From the NCBI GenBank assembly GCA_050506795.1, contig JBJHCF010000029.1:1-44358 (forward strand): 44,358 nucleotides of DNA, written 5' to 3'. The position numbers and the translations under genes were made by a program. This document shows, in pieces, positions 19,827 to 29,209 of the stretch. A model generated the notes under the pieces. That model was not told the origin of the DNA. It ran no database searches and saw only the letters and a program-made list of their open reading frames with translations. The stretch is from Opitutia bacterium. GTDB lineage: Bacteria > Verrucomicrobiota > Verrucomicrobiia > Opitutales > T3Sed10-336. The first letter of the stretch is position 1; every line of letters starts with the position of its first letter.

Positions 19827-19932
19827 TTCGCAGGGTTATGTCGAATATTGCGCAATCTAGTGCGTGTTTTTGGCCATCGAGGCGTTTCGATGAACAGAAG
19901 GTGAGCAATCCGGAGGCGGAGATTTTCGAACC

Positions 19933-20346
19933 TCAGGTTCCGGCGCGACAAATGCGGTCGAATTCGGTTTTTCTCAGGGGCATTACGGACAGTCTGCTTT
20001 GGCGGACGAGCGCAATTTCGGCAAGGGCGGGATCCTTTTTGATCTGATCGAGGGTAACCGGATTTTTCAGCGGTTTGACCGGTTTCAATTCCACCGCAAC
20101 CCAGCGCTGGTCGTCGCTTGTTGGATCGGGAAAAGCGTTACGGGTGACTTCAGCCACACCGACGACTTCACGGGGCCCCACACTGTGATAGAAGAGCACG
20201 GCATCGCCGACGGCCATTTCATTCAGGTGGTTGCGTGCCTGATAGTTGCGGACCCCGTCCCAGACCACTTTACCGTCCCGCATAAAGTCGCTCCAAGAGT
20301 ATGCTTCCGGTTCCTGTTTGACCAGCCAGTATTTCTTTTTATCCAT
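19933..20346 (-). CDS. EVE domain protein
   Basis: YWLVKQEPEAYSW, WDGVRNYQARN, VLFYHS, LVRQSRLSVMP. Confidence 0.95.
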   Translation of the reverse strand: MDKKKYWLVKQEPEAYSWSDFMRDGKVVWDGVRNYQARNHLNEMAVGDAVLFYHSVGPREVVGVAEVTRNAFPDPTSDDQRWVAVELKPVKPLKNPVTLDQIKKDPALAEIALVRQSRLSVMPLRKTEFDRICRAGT

Positions 20347-20517
20347 GGGATCATTATGAATACGGTCATCCGGAAATACAGGAAAATTCCTTCCGCGGGA
20401 ACGGTTGCGGTGTTGCTTTTTTCGGCTGGATGGAGAGGCTCAGCAAAACAGGTCCAAGACTAATCGGAAGTGGTGGAGGGATTTGAAGTTGGGGTGTGGA
20501 ACAAAAGGGAGGGAGTG

Positions 20518-20622
20518 ATGGATCCGGAACAGGAAAAGGCGCGTAAGGTGATATGGGCATTGTACCTACTGATCGCGGTGGGAATCGCGCTGCCGATCAT
20601 CGTATTGTTTTGGTTTGCCTGA
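20518..20622 (+). CDS. 34-aa single-pass membrane microprotein (below the ORF track cutoff)
   Basis: MDPEQEKARKVIWALYLLIAVGIALPIIVLFWFA*, preceded by GGGAGGGAG and ending 32 bp before the PIN/TRAM gene. Confidence 0.65.
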   Translation: MDPEQEKARKVIWALYLLIAVGIALPIIVLFWFA

Positions 20623-20654
20623 ACCGGAAGCTGGAATAGGCCTACATTGAAATA

Positions 20655-21683
20655 ATGAACAGGACCTTGCTGATCATACGTATCTTTTTTATTCTCCTCT
20701 GCGGGGCCGGCAGCTGGCTGTTGTGGTACGCCACGCCGGAGTGGGAACGAGGTCCATTTCTGGTGGTGATGATCGGCCTTTTGATCGGGGTGCTGGTGGT
20801 TCTGGTGGACCTCCTCCTGAAAGGGTTCTCCCTGCGTGGTCTTAGTGCATTGACGTTTGGTCTGGGCGTCGGAGCGCTCATCGCCTTCTTCATCTCGTCT
20901 TCGCCTCTGTTCGAGCATGGCGAGGAGCAGATAGTCTTTCTGTCCCGAATGGGATTGTTTGTGATCTGCATGTACCTGGGAGCGGTCATTGCGTTGCGGG
21001 GCAAAGACGAATTCAACTTGGTCATTCCCTATGTGCGTTTCATTCCTCACAACGTCGACGTTCCCCTGGTCGTGGTGGATACCAGTGCTTTGATTGACGG
21101 GCGTATCGTGCAGGTGTGTCGTACGCATTTCATGAACGCCGGGCTGATCATACCTCAATTCGTATTGGATGAGTTGCGACGAATCGCGGATTCTTCGGAT
21201 GGTTTGCGTAAGGCCAAGGGAAGGCGGGGGCTGGAATCCCTCAATCAACTCAAGGAGATGGATTATGTCGATTTGCGGGTGGAGGAAAGCGCGGTGGGGA
21301 AGGGAAAGGACGTAGACGCCAAGTTAATCTTTTTGGCGAATTCCCTGAAGGCAAAGCTGCTCACCACCGATTACAACCTGGCGCGCATGGCGGAGTTTCA
21401 CGGCATCGTATGGTTGAATCTGAACGCGCTGAGCAAGGCCCTCATTGCGGAGCTGACGGTGGGAGAAGTGATCGAAGTGGAATTGGTCAAAGAGGGCAAG
21501 GAGGCGGATCAGGCGGTGGGCTATCTGGAGAATGGATCGATGGTGGTGGTCAATCACGGACGAGCCTACCTCAACGAGACCGTGCCGGTGGAAGTGATCA
21601 GCGTTCTACCGTCGGCGGGAGGCAAATTGGTCTTTGCCCGGATGCTGGAGGACGATTTCACCGGAAATCTGAAAGCCGACTGA
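20655..21683 (+). CDS. Membrane PIN/TRAM domain protein (YacL-like)
   Basis: Four N-terminal TM helices; PIN motifs VDTSALIDGRI, FVLDEL, DVDAKL, LTTDYNL; TRAM GKEADQAVGYLENGSMVVV. Confidence 0.92.
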   Translation: MNRTLLIIRIFFILLCGAGSWLLWYATPEWERGPFLVVMIGLLIGVLVVLVDLLLKGFSLRGLSALTFGLGVGALIAFFISSSPLFEHGEEQIVFLSRMGLFVICMYLGAVIALRGKDEFNLVIPYVRFIPHNVDVPLVVVDTSALIDGRIVQVCRTHFMNAGLIIPQFVLDELRRIADSSDGLRKAKGRRGLESLNQLKEMDYVDLRVEESAVGKGKDVDAKLIFLANSLKAKLLTTDYNLARMAEFHGIVWLNLNALSKALIAELTVGEVIEVELVKEGKEADQAVGYLENGSMVVVNHGRAYLNETVPVEVISVLPSAGGKLVFARMLEDDFTGNLKAD

Positions 21684-21689
21684 ACAGTT

Positions 21690-22286
21690 TTGCCAGGAAA
21701 GAATCACTCCTCCAGATTTGATAGAGTGGTTCGTTTCGTGGTATTATTTTATTCACTTACCGGTCTGGTCGCCCTGGGCTTGATTCATTGGCGGGTTGAT
21801 GACGAGGCGGCGTTTGATCCGTACGGGCTTGGCGGTTCAGACTGGGGTCTTTATTTACTGAGTGCGGTGTTGTTGGTCGTCGCCGTGCATGCCGGTTCGT
21901 TGGCGGCGTGGAAGCGGTGGCGCGTTCTTCGGCGTGGCATGCGGGAGATGCGTCAGTGGCTGGGCGGTCTTGGGCCCCGGGAGGTTTTGGTTCTGGCCTT
22001 GGCCAGTGGCGTCGGAGAGGAGCTTTTATTTCGCGGGTGGTTGCTCAACGAGATCGGGTTATGGGGGTCGTCGCTTCTCTTTGGGCTGGTGCATGTGCCG
22101 CCCAACAAGAACTGGCTTTATTGGCCGATCTTCGCCTTTGTTCTGGGAATGGTACTGGGAGTGTTGTGCTTGTGGTCAAACTCCCTGATTTACGCAGTTC
22201 TGGCGCATGCGGGAATCAATTACCTGAATATTCGTCGCCTCGTCGTCGTTGAGCCGAAGGCACCGTCCTTTTCCGCTGGTCAATAG
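21690..22286 (+). CDS. CPBP/Abi family intramembrane metalloprotease
   Basis: GVGEELLFRG, FGLVH, LAHAGIN. The true start may be GTG at 21726. Confidence 0.88.
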   Translation: MPGKNHSSRFDRVVRFVVLFYSLTGLVALGLIHWRVDDEAAFDPYGLGGSDWGLYLLSAVLLVVAVHAGSLAAWKRWRVLRRGMREMRQWLGGLGPREVLVLALASGVGEELLFRGWLLNEIGLWGSSLLFGLVHVPPNKNWLYWPIFAFVLGMVLGVLCLWSNSLIYAVLAHAGINYLNIRRLVVVEPKAPSFSAGQ

Positions 22287-22339
22287 AATCGCGATTGGTT
22301 AGGCATTTGGCTGGAAACAATCTGGGCCAAGGCGCCGGA

Positions 22340-23155
22340 ATGAGCATTATGGCGGAAGCGAGTCAACGAGAGATCGAGCGGGAATTTTGGGAACCGCGAA
22401 CACTGGAGGTGGAGGACTCGGCCCGGTGGACACTTGGTCCGTTGTCCCTATGGGTCAGACGCCGTTCGCACGAGTGGTGGGTGTACAGCGAGCGCGACGG
22501 GACAAGTGATTTGGCGATGGGCTTTTCCCGCGGACGTCCGCCCAATGAATCGGCGAACTGGAAGCGCTGGGCGTTCACTGAGGACGTGAAAACCGTGCGC
22601 ATGGTACCGGTCACGCCGAATCGTTCGGTGGTGGCGCGTCCCAAGACGGGGTTGCGCATTCCTCCGGGGAACGAGGTGGTTTTTTTTGTGAGTATTCCGT
22701 TTTGGCTCCAGGTTTGGGTGGGGGAGGAGCGACGAATCCTGTTGACCGAAGAGGCGCCTCGGGTGTTGTCCAACACCTGGTTTGGCGAACCGACCGAGGG
22801 AGAGCTTTGTTTTTCGCTTAAGACCGGCGCGTCCCGTTCCCTGGATGAGGTGAAGCGGGGCAGTTACCGCTTCGTTTGCCCGCTCTTGATCGCCAATCGA
22901 AGCACCGAGGAGCTCGATTTTCAAAAAGTCTGTTTGCCGGTGCCTTATCTCCAGTTATTCCGAGGGGAGCGCCGGTTCTGGAGCAACCAGGTGTCCCTTT
23001 CCTATCTGGGCAAAAGTCAGTTCAGCGCCGTGGCCTTCGCCGCGGAACCGCCGACATCGGAAAAAATTCACGAAACATTGGGCGAGCCGCGTCTGCGGGA
23101 GCGAAAAGGGTTTTTCAGGCGCAGTTTTGATACGATTCGTACGTTCGGATTCTGA
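22340..23155 (+). CDS. DUF432-like protein
   Basis: PVTPNRSVVARP, LSNTWFGEPTEGELCF; lies immediately upstream of an MscS gene. Confidence 0.6.
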   Translation: MSIMAEASQREIEREFWEPRTLEVEDSARWTLGPLSLWVRRRSHEWWVYSERDGTSDLAMGFSRGRPPNESANWKRWAFTEDVKTVRMVPVTPNRSVVARPKTGLRIPPGNEVVFFVSIPFWLQVWVGEERRILLTEEAPRVLSNTWFGEPTEGELCFSLKTGASRSLDEVKRGSYRFVCPLLIANRSTEELDFQKVCLPVPYLQLFRGERRFWSNQVSLSYLGKSQFSAVAFAAEPPTSEKIHETLGEPRLRERKGFFRRSFDTIRTFGF

Positions 23156-23176
23156 TCACCACACGAGAAAGATTAT

Positions 23177-24088
23177 TTGATGGGGCTGCTTACAGGTTTG
23201 ATCGTTTGGAGTGACTGGTTGACCGAGGAGAGTATCGGGCGCCTGTTGCGAGTCTCGGTGTTGCTTTTGGGCGGACTCCCCTTGCTTTACCTGGTGACCC
23301 GCCTGGTGTCCCGGTTCTCCAAAAAGCATTTTTCCGCGCACAGCAGCTTTCTGATCGGCAAAGGTATTTTTTATGCCGGCGCGGTAATCATCGTGCTCAT
23401 GGTGCTTTCCGATCTCGGCTTTAAGCTCACCGCGGTCCTGGGTGCCGCGGGAATCGCCGGAGTGGCGATCGGGTTTGCCAGCCAGACGAGCTTATCGAAC
23501 ATCATCAGTGGCTTGTTTTTGGTTTGGGAGAAGCCTTTCGCGGTGGGTGATGCCATCAAGATCGGGGAGCATGTCGGCGCGGTTTATTCTATCGATTTGA
23601 TGTCGGTCAAGCTGCGCACCTTTGACAATCGTTTCGTGCGAATTCCCAACGAGTCCATCGTCAAGGGACAGACAATCAACATCACCCGCTTCCCGATCCG
23701 GCGCCTCGATATTCAACTCGGGGTGGCTTACAAAGAGGATATCGGGAAAGTGATGGCGATACTCCGGGAGCTTGCCGAAAACAACCCGTATTGTCTGGAT
23801 GAGCCGGCGCCGGTCATCATTTTTCAGGAGTTCGGCAACTCATCGCTGGATTTCCTGTTCGGAGTCTGGTTCGCCAAGACGGACCTGATGTTGCTGCGCA
23901 ACAGCATTATGCAGGAGATCAAGGAGCGCTTCGACGCCGAAGGCATTGAAATTCCTTTCCCGCACCGGACTCTTTACGCGGGTTCGGAGACGGCTCCTTT
24001 CCCGGTGAAACTGGTCGCGGACGAAAGGCCGGGCGCCGCTGAAGCGGAGGATTCTTCGGCATCGGGGGAGTCCGCGCCGGAGAAATAA
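23177..24088 (+). CDS. Small-conductance mechanosensitive channel (MscS family)
   Basis: GAAGIAGVAIGFASQTSLSNIISG, KPFAVGD, RIPNE, FDAEGIEIPFP. Confidence 0.93.
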   Translation: MMGLLTGLIVWSDWLTEESIGRLLRVSVLLLGGLPLLYLVTRLVSRFSKKHFSAHSSFLIGKGIFYAGAVIIVLMVLSDLGFKLTAVLGAAGIAGVAIGFASQTSLSNIISGLFLVWEKPFAVGDAIKIGEHVGAVYSIDLMSVKLRTFDNRFVRIPNESIVKGQTINITRFPIRRLDIQLGVAYKEDIGKVMAILRELAENNPYCLDEPAPVIIFQEFGNSSLDFLFGVWFAKTDLMLLRNSIMQEIKERFDAEGIEIPFPHRTLYAGSETAPFPVKLVADERPGAAEAEDSSASGESAPEK

Positions 24089-24109
24089 ATCATGGAGTCC
24101 CGCCGAGGC

Positions 24110-24784
24110 TCAGGCCGGCTGTGGATTGATTGAGGCGCCGCTTGAGTCGTCGCCGTTGAGCGAGGTCGGTTCGTTGCAAAAGTGAATCAATTTCCAATAC
24201 CCGCCCAGGTTGACGGGCAGGATATCTTTCACTTCGATGGTGGTCATCTCCAGAAAGTGGGGAAGCGAAAAATCGGGTTTGAATCCAAGTCGCTTGGAAA
24301 AGGGCGAGAAAAAGTTTTCCACCCCGCGCAGAATCCCCTTGGAGGAGGCGAAGTGGTTCAAGACGAGCACGGTCCCTCCGGGAACGCAGACGCGGGACAT
24401 TTCCTGCATCATTTTCATCGGGTCGGGGACCACCGAGGCCACATACATGGCGATGACCGCGTCGAACGAGTCGTCGGGAAAGTCCAGGTTCTGCGCGTCC
24501 ATTTCGATAAAGGCGTCGACCTGTGGGTACCGTTCCTGGGGAAAGCGTTTTTTCGCCACCTGCAGCATTTCCGGGCTGATATCGATACCGGTAACCCTCA
24601 CGTCCGGCTGGTAGAGCGGGATGGAGTAACCCGTCCCGATGCCGATCTCCAGAAACCGGGAGCCCGGGCGCTGATCGATCCGCTCGACGGCCTTCTTCCG
24701 GCCGTGGTTGACCCAGGAGCCGAAGATGACGTCATAGAATGGTGCGTAAAAGCCGTAGGTTTTTAGAATCGAATCCTTGTCCAT
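24110..24784 (-). CDS. Class I SAM methyltransferase, phosphatidylethanolamine N-methyltransferase (PmtA)-like
   Basis: YAPFYDVIFG, LEIGIGTG, GIDISPEML, MDAQNLDFPDDSFD, AMYVASVVPDP, LNHF. Confidence 0.8.
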   Translation of the reverse strand: MDKDSILKTYGFYAPFYDVIFGSWVNHGRKKAVERIDQRPGSRFLEIGIGTGYSIPLYQPDVRVTGIDISPEMLQVAKKRFPQERYPQVDAFIEMDAQNLDFPDDSFDAVIAMYVASVVPDPMKMMQEMSRVCVPGGTVLVLNHFASSKGILRGVENFFSPFSKRLGFKPDFSLPHFLEMTTIEVKDILPVNLGGYWKLIHFCNEPTSLNGDDSSGASINPQPA

Positions 24785-24816
24785 GGTTTCCCTGTTTCCC
24801 TCAGAGTGAAATCGGG

Positions 24817-24890
<74 letters not shown>

Positions 24891-25091
24891 AATCTCTCGG
24901 ATCTCCTTACTCTTTGCCAGCGCAATTCGATGTCAATGTTTTCATAAGAATACCGTGCCGGTTCCCTGAAAATTGGCGGGATTAACCGGGTCGGTCCGCG
25001 GATTCACACTTGCGCCGCTTTCCGGGATTCGCCAAGGTGGTGGATTCGTTGCCGGCCGGAGCCGGTTGATTTCAAGACGCCGCACCACAAC

Positions 25092-25814
25092 ATGTCATGT
25101 TCCGGACAGGCCGGCGTGTTTAGCAGGCTAGCCGCCTTTTTTCTCTTGCTGACGGTCGTGCTCGGCCTCCTGTTCATGTTTTTCCTTTCTAACATCCTCC
25201 AGTACGGTATCACCGCCAAAACCGGATTTCCCACCCGCATGGGTGAGCTTTCAAGCAATCCCTTGCGAGGGAAACTCGCGGTTATTGATTTTCACGTTGA
25301 AAATCCTGCCTCCTTCTCGCGGGAAGCTTTCCTGGAAATCGGCCGGTTACATTTCAAGTTGTCGCCTGCCTCCCTTTTTCGCGAACGGGTTGTGGTGGAG
25401 CATATCGAGGTGGAGATTGTACAGTTGACCGGCATTCGCGAGGCGGGGGGAAGGATCAATTTCGAGGAGTTCCGCACTGCGGTGGAGGGGGTGCGGGAGG
25501 ATCGAAACGGGACGGCCGGAAAGAGTTTTGCCATCAACCGGCTCAACCTGAAAATCGACCGCGTCCTGCTGGTCGATTATTCCGGTGAGGGCCCGGAACG
25601 TAGCTCGGAATTCGAGGTCAATCTCGACCTGAGCTTTGAAGACGTTACCTCTTTGCGTCTGGTGGCTCCCGAGGTGCTGCGCCAGTTGGCGGCGGCCGGT
25701 GTGCCGTTATCCCGGGATTCCATATTCTCCACCCTCATTCCGGAACGTTACCGTGAGGGGCTGTGGTCCGAGGTCCAAGCTAGTCCTGGCGCATCGCTGC
25801 AAAATCGCGATTGA
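25092..25814 (+). CDS. AsmA-like membrane-anchored protein
   Basis: N-terminal TM helix then beta-rich NPLRGKLAVIDFHVENP...SLFRERVVVEHI. Start uncertain (possibly GTG 25116). Confidence 0.6.
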   Translation: MSCSGQAGVFSRLAAFFLLLTVVLGLLFMFFLSNILQYGITAKTGFPTRMGELSSNPLRGKLAVIDFHVENPASFSREAFLEIGRLHFKLSPASLFRERVVVEHIEVEIVQLTGIREAGGRINFEEFRTAVEGVREDRNGTAGKSFAINRLNLKIDRVLLVDYSGEGPERSSEFEVNLDLSFEDVTSLRLVAPEVLRQLAAAGVPLSRDSIFSTLIPERYREGLWSEVQASPGASLQNRD

Positions 25815-25864
25815 GTCCCTCGGGGTGGAAATGTTTGTCTAGTCTATTAACTTTATTTGCAGTC

Positions 25865-26551
25865 ATGTCCGAAGAGAAAAACCAGCATCTCACCGAAAAC
25901 GAGGAGTCGTCTCCCTCCCGCTCCGAGGTTTCCCCTGAAGGCGAAACCTCCGAGCCGGCTGAATCCGTGGAGATTGAAGAATCCGCGAACCCTTCCGAGG
26001 GCGAGCCTTCTCTGGAGGAGCAACTCGAAAAAGCACGCGCCGAGAGCAAGGCGAATTACGATCGTTATCTCCGGGCGGTCGCGGAAATGGAAAATTTTCG
26101 TCGTCGCGCCCAGCGCGAAAAAGAAGAGGCGCGCCGGTACGGGGCTTCGAGCCTGGTGGAGGACCTTTTGCCTGTGCTGGACAATTTTGGACTCGGGCTC
26201 GGTGCGGCTGACAATCATCCGGAAGCCAAAGGCTTTGCCCAGGGCTTTGAAATGGTTTTCCGCCAGATCAAGTCCGTCCTCAAGGAGCACGGCGTTGAGG
26301 AGATCAGCCCTGATGGGGAGCCCTTCGACCCGCACCGTCACGAATCGACCGGTTACATCTCTCACGACGACATTCCGGAGGGCAACGTGGTGGCGGTGAG
26401 CCGCAAGGGATATGCGCTTAACGAGCGCCTTATCCGCCCGGCCATGGTCCTGCTCTCCAGCGGTCCCGCCTCGGCAAGAACCGGGGACGAGGAGGGCGAC
26501 GGCAACCAGGACTCGAAATCGCAGGCGGACGCGCCTTCGGAGGAGAGTTAA
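25865..26551 (+). CDS. grpE: Nucleotide exchange factor GrpE
   Basis: RAVAEMENFRRR, DLLPVLDNF, FDPHRHE, GYALNERLIRPAMV. Confidence 0.96.
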   Translation: MSEEKNQHLTENEESSPSRSEVSPEGETSEPAESVEIEESANPSEGEPSLEEQLEKARAESKANYDRYLRAVAEMENFRRRAQREKEEARRYGASSLVEDLLPVLDNFGLGLGAADNHPEAKGFAQGFEMVFRQIKSVLKEHGVEEISPDGEPFDPHRHESTGYISHDDIPEGNVVAVSRKGYALNERLIRPAMVLLSSGPASARTGDEEGDGNQDSKSQADAPSEES

Positions 26552-26572
26552 TCCCGCTCCGGGCCAGTACAC

Positions 26573-27724
26573 ATGAAGAAAGCGGATTATTACGAAATTC
26601 TGGGAGTGTCGCGCGACGCTTCCGCCGACGAAATCAAGAAGGCTTATCGCAAGCGGGCGGTGCAGTATCATCCGGACAAGAATCCGGGCGACAAGGAGGC
26701 GGAAGAGAAGTTCAAGGAAGCCTCGGAGGCCTATGAGGTGCTTAAGGATGTGGACAAACGTGCCGCCTACGACCGCTACGGGCACGCGGCGTTCGAGGGT
26801 GGCGGCGCTCGCGGCGGTGGCGGCGGGTTTCATGACCCATTCGACATTTTCCGCGAAGTCTTCGGCGGCGGCGGTGGCGGTGGCGGCGGTATCTTCGAAG
26901 AATTTTTCGGCGGTGGCGGTAGCGGTTTTGGCGGCGGGCCGCAACGGGGGTCCGATTTGCGGTACGACCTTGAACTGACGCTGGAAGAGGCGGCCACCGG
27001 GGTGGAAAAAGAGATCAGCTACCGGCGTCCCGTCGCCTGTAGCGGTTGTAACGGTTCCGGGGCCGAGCCGGGTTCCAAAACCACCGTTTGCCGCACCTGC
27101 GGCGGGCAGGGACAGGTGACCACTTCGCGCGGTTTCTTCAGCATTCGTCAGGTTTGTCCCGAATGTGAGGGCGCCGGCCGCCGGGTGGAAAAAGTCTGCC
27201 GTGAATGCCGCGGGGAAGGGCGTACCGTGACCACCAGCAACATCAAGCTGCGCATTCCGGCGGGGGTCGACGACGGGTCCAAGCTCCGCTCCGGCGGAAA
27301 CGGGGAAGTCGGCTCCAAAGGCGGCCCTCCCGGTGACCTTTACGTGGTCATTCACGTCAAGCCGCACGAAGTTTTCGAGCGCCGGGGCGACGATCTTTAC
27401 TGCGAGGTTCCGATCAAGTTCACCCTGGCGGCTCTTGGCGGCAATATCGAGGTGCGCACGCTGACTGGAAAAGCCAACCTCAAGATCCCCGCCGGCACTC
27501 AATCCGGCACGGTTTTCCGTCTTCGCAAAAAGGGGATGCCCAACTTGCGCGGCGGACACTTTGGCGATCAGATGGTGCGCATCCACGTCGAGGTTCCCAC
27601 CTCGTTAAGCGGCGAGCAACGTCGCATCCTGGAGGAATTCGCCCTGGCCTCCGGCGACGCCGAGGAGCCCGCCGGACCGGCCGGAAAGGGCTTCTTTGGC
27701 AAGGCCAAGAAGTTTTTCGAGTGA
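26573..27724 (+). CDS. dnaJ: Chaperone DnaJ
   Basis: J-domain HPD motif, G/F region, four CxxCxGxG zinc-finger repeats. Confidence 0.98.
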   Translation: MKKADYYEILGVSRDASADEIKKAYRKRAVQYHPDKNPGDKEAEEKFKEASEAYEVLKDVDKRAAYDRYGHAAFEGGGARGGGGGFHDPFDIFREVFGGGGGGGGGIFEEFFGGGGSGFGGGPQRGSDLRYDLELTLEEAATGVEKEISYRRPVACSGCNGSGAEPGSKTTVCRTCGGQGQVTTSRGFFSIRQVCPECEGAGRRVEKVCRECRGEGRTVTTSNIKLRIPAGVDDGSKLRSGGNGEVGSKGGPPGDLYVVIHVKPHEVFERRGDDLYCEVPIKFTLAALGGNIEVRTLTGKANLKIPAGTQSGTVFRLRKKGMPNLRGGHFGDQMVRIHVEVPTSLSGEQRRILEEFALASGDAEEPAGPAGKGFFGKAKKFFE

Positions 27725-27755
27725 TCCGGCGTGATGGTCGATCCGAACGCGCGCC

Positions 27756-28601
27756 ATGTTAACCCTGCTCGAAGTCCTTCAGCGAACCACCGCCTACCTG
27801 GAAGGAAAAGGAGTGGAAACTCCGCGTCTGGATGCCGAGTGGTTGCTGGCCGGACTGCTCGGCGTGAAGCGGCTCGACCTGTACGTCCGTTTCGAAAGGC
27901 CCATGCCGGAGGCGGAGTTGGAGGCCCTGCGGCCTCTGGTCAGGCGTCGGGGAGCCCGTGAGCCGCTGCAGTACGTGCTGGGGGAAACGGAGTTTCACGG
28001 ATTAACGCTAAAAACCGACCGGCGCGCCCTCATTCCGCGACCGGAAACGGAACGGTTGGTGGAACTCATTCTCAAGAACACGGCGGTTCCGCCGGTTCGT
28101 TTGCTCGATCTGGGCACCGGGACCGGCGCGCTGGCGCTGGCCCTGCTGAGGGCCTGGCCGGAGGCCGTGGCTGTCGCGGTGGACCGCAGTGAAGCGGCGA
28201 TTGATTTGGCGCGGGAAAACGCTCACCGCCTCCAACTGGCGGATCGGGTGGATTTTTATCTGTCTGACTGGTATGCCGGGTTGGAAGCCGGTAAAACATT
28301 CGATCTGATTGTGGCCAATCCGCCATACCTGACCGTTGATGAGTGGGCGGTCGCCGATCCCGAGGTCAAAGATTACGAACCGCGGGAAGCGTTGGAGGCA
28401 TCCCGTTCCGGCCTGGCGGACCTGGAGACCATCATCGTCGGGGCGGCCGGATTTTTGGCCCCCGGTGGCCGAATCGCCCTCGAGACGGGCGTGGCTCACC
28501 ATCAGGCCTTGAGCGCCTTGGCTCGCGAGCAAGGGTTCACCGGGGTCGAAACGGTGCGGGACTACCACGGTCGCGATCGGTACTTGTTCCTTTCCGCTTG
28601 A
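27756..28601 (+). CDS. prmC: Release factor glutamine methyltransferase
   Basis: EPLQYVLG, LIPRPETE, DLGTGTG, NPPY. Confidence 0.95.
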   Translation: MLTLLEVLQRTTAYLEGKGVETPRLDAEWLLAGLLGVKRLDLYVRFERPMPEAELEALRPLVRRRGAREPLQYVLGETEFHGLTLKTDRRALIPRPETERLVELILKNTAVPPVRLLDLGTGTGALALALLRAWPEAVAVAVDRSEAAIDLARENAHRLQLADRVDFYLSDWYAGLEAGKTFDLIVANPPYLTVDEWAVADPEVKDYEPREALEASRSGLADLETIIVGAAGFLAPGGRIALETGVAHHQALSALAREQGFTGVETVRDYHGRDRYLFLSA

Positions 28602-28754
28602 TGAGAAGGCGATCTGGTTGGACCTGATGGCCGTCGTTCCGCGATTGGGCGAGGTGGATTTTTGCTTGCATGGGTGAAACGATCGGCGTTTTTTCAGCCC
28701 TGAGAAATCAAGGGAGCATTTGACAACGAAAATTAAAGGGGGGACTTTACTCAC

Positions 28755-29090
28755 ATGAAAATCAAAGCGTATTTAAAACCGACCTGCGGATGGAGCAACG
28801 GGGTCCGCGCTATTCTCAAGAAGTACGACTTGGACTACGAGGACATGGACATCATCAACCAGCCGGAGAATTACGCCGAAATGGTACGCAAATCCGGTCA
28901 GCAGCTGTCTCCCTGCGTTGAAGTCGACGGGGTCATGCTTGCGGATGTGAGCGGTGAGGAGGTCGAGAATTATTTGTTGGCCAACGAATTGGTCCAGGCT
29001 TCGAGCAAGGACGCCGACGTTCCGACCAACAGTCCCTGCACGGATGAAGAGCATGCGCGCATGGCCTCCCAGACAATCCGGTTTTTCTAA
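28755..29090 (+). CDS. Glutaredoxin-family protein (CGWS)
   Basis: YLKPTCGWS, SGQQLSPCVEVDG. Confidence 0.8.
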   Translation: MKIKAYLKPTCGWSNGVRAILKKYDLDYEDMDIINQPENYAEMVRKSGQQLSPCVEVDGVMLADVSGEEVENYLLANELVQASSKDADVPTNSPCTDEEHARMASQTIRFF

Positions 29091-29126
29091 GACGACTCTC
29101 CCAGCGACGAGCGAACGTCTCGAAGA

Positions 29127-29155
29127 AAGGCCGGAATGATTCCGGCCTTCTTTTT
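29127..29155 (+). terminator. Intrinsic terminator
   Basis: AAGGCCGGAAT-G-ATTCCGGCCTT followed by CTTTTT. Confidence 0.85.
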
Positions 29156-29209
29156 GTGAGCGTCCAACCGTTTCCGGGATGTGAAACCTTCCCATCAAAT
29201 TGATTCCTT

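Noticed and set aside
25780..25865. CIRCE element before grpE-dnaJ
   Set aside because: No TTAGCACTC-N9-GAGTGCTAA; hrcA and dnaK are not in the window.
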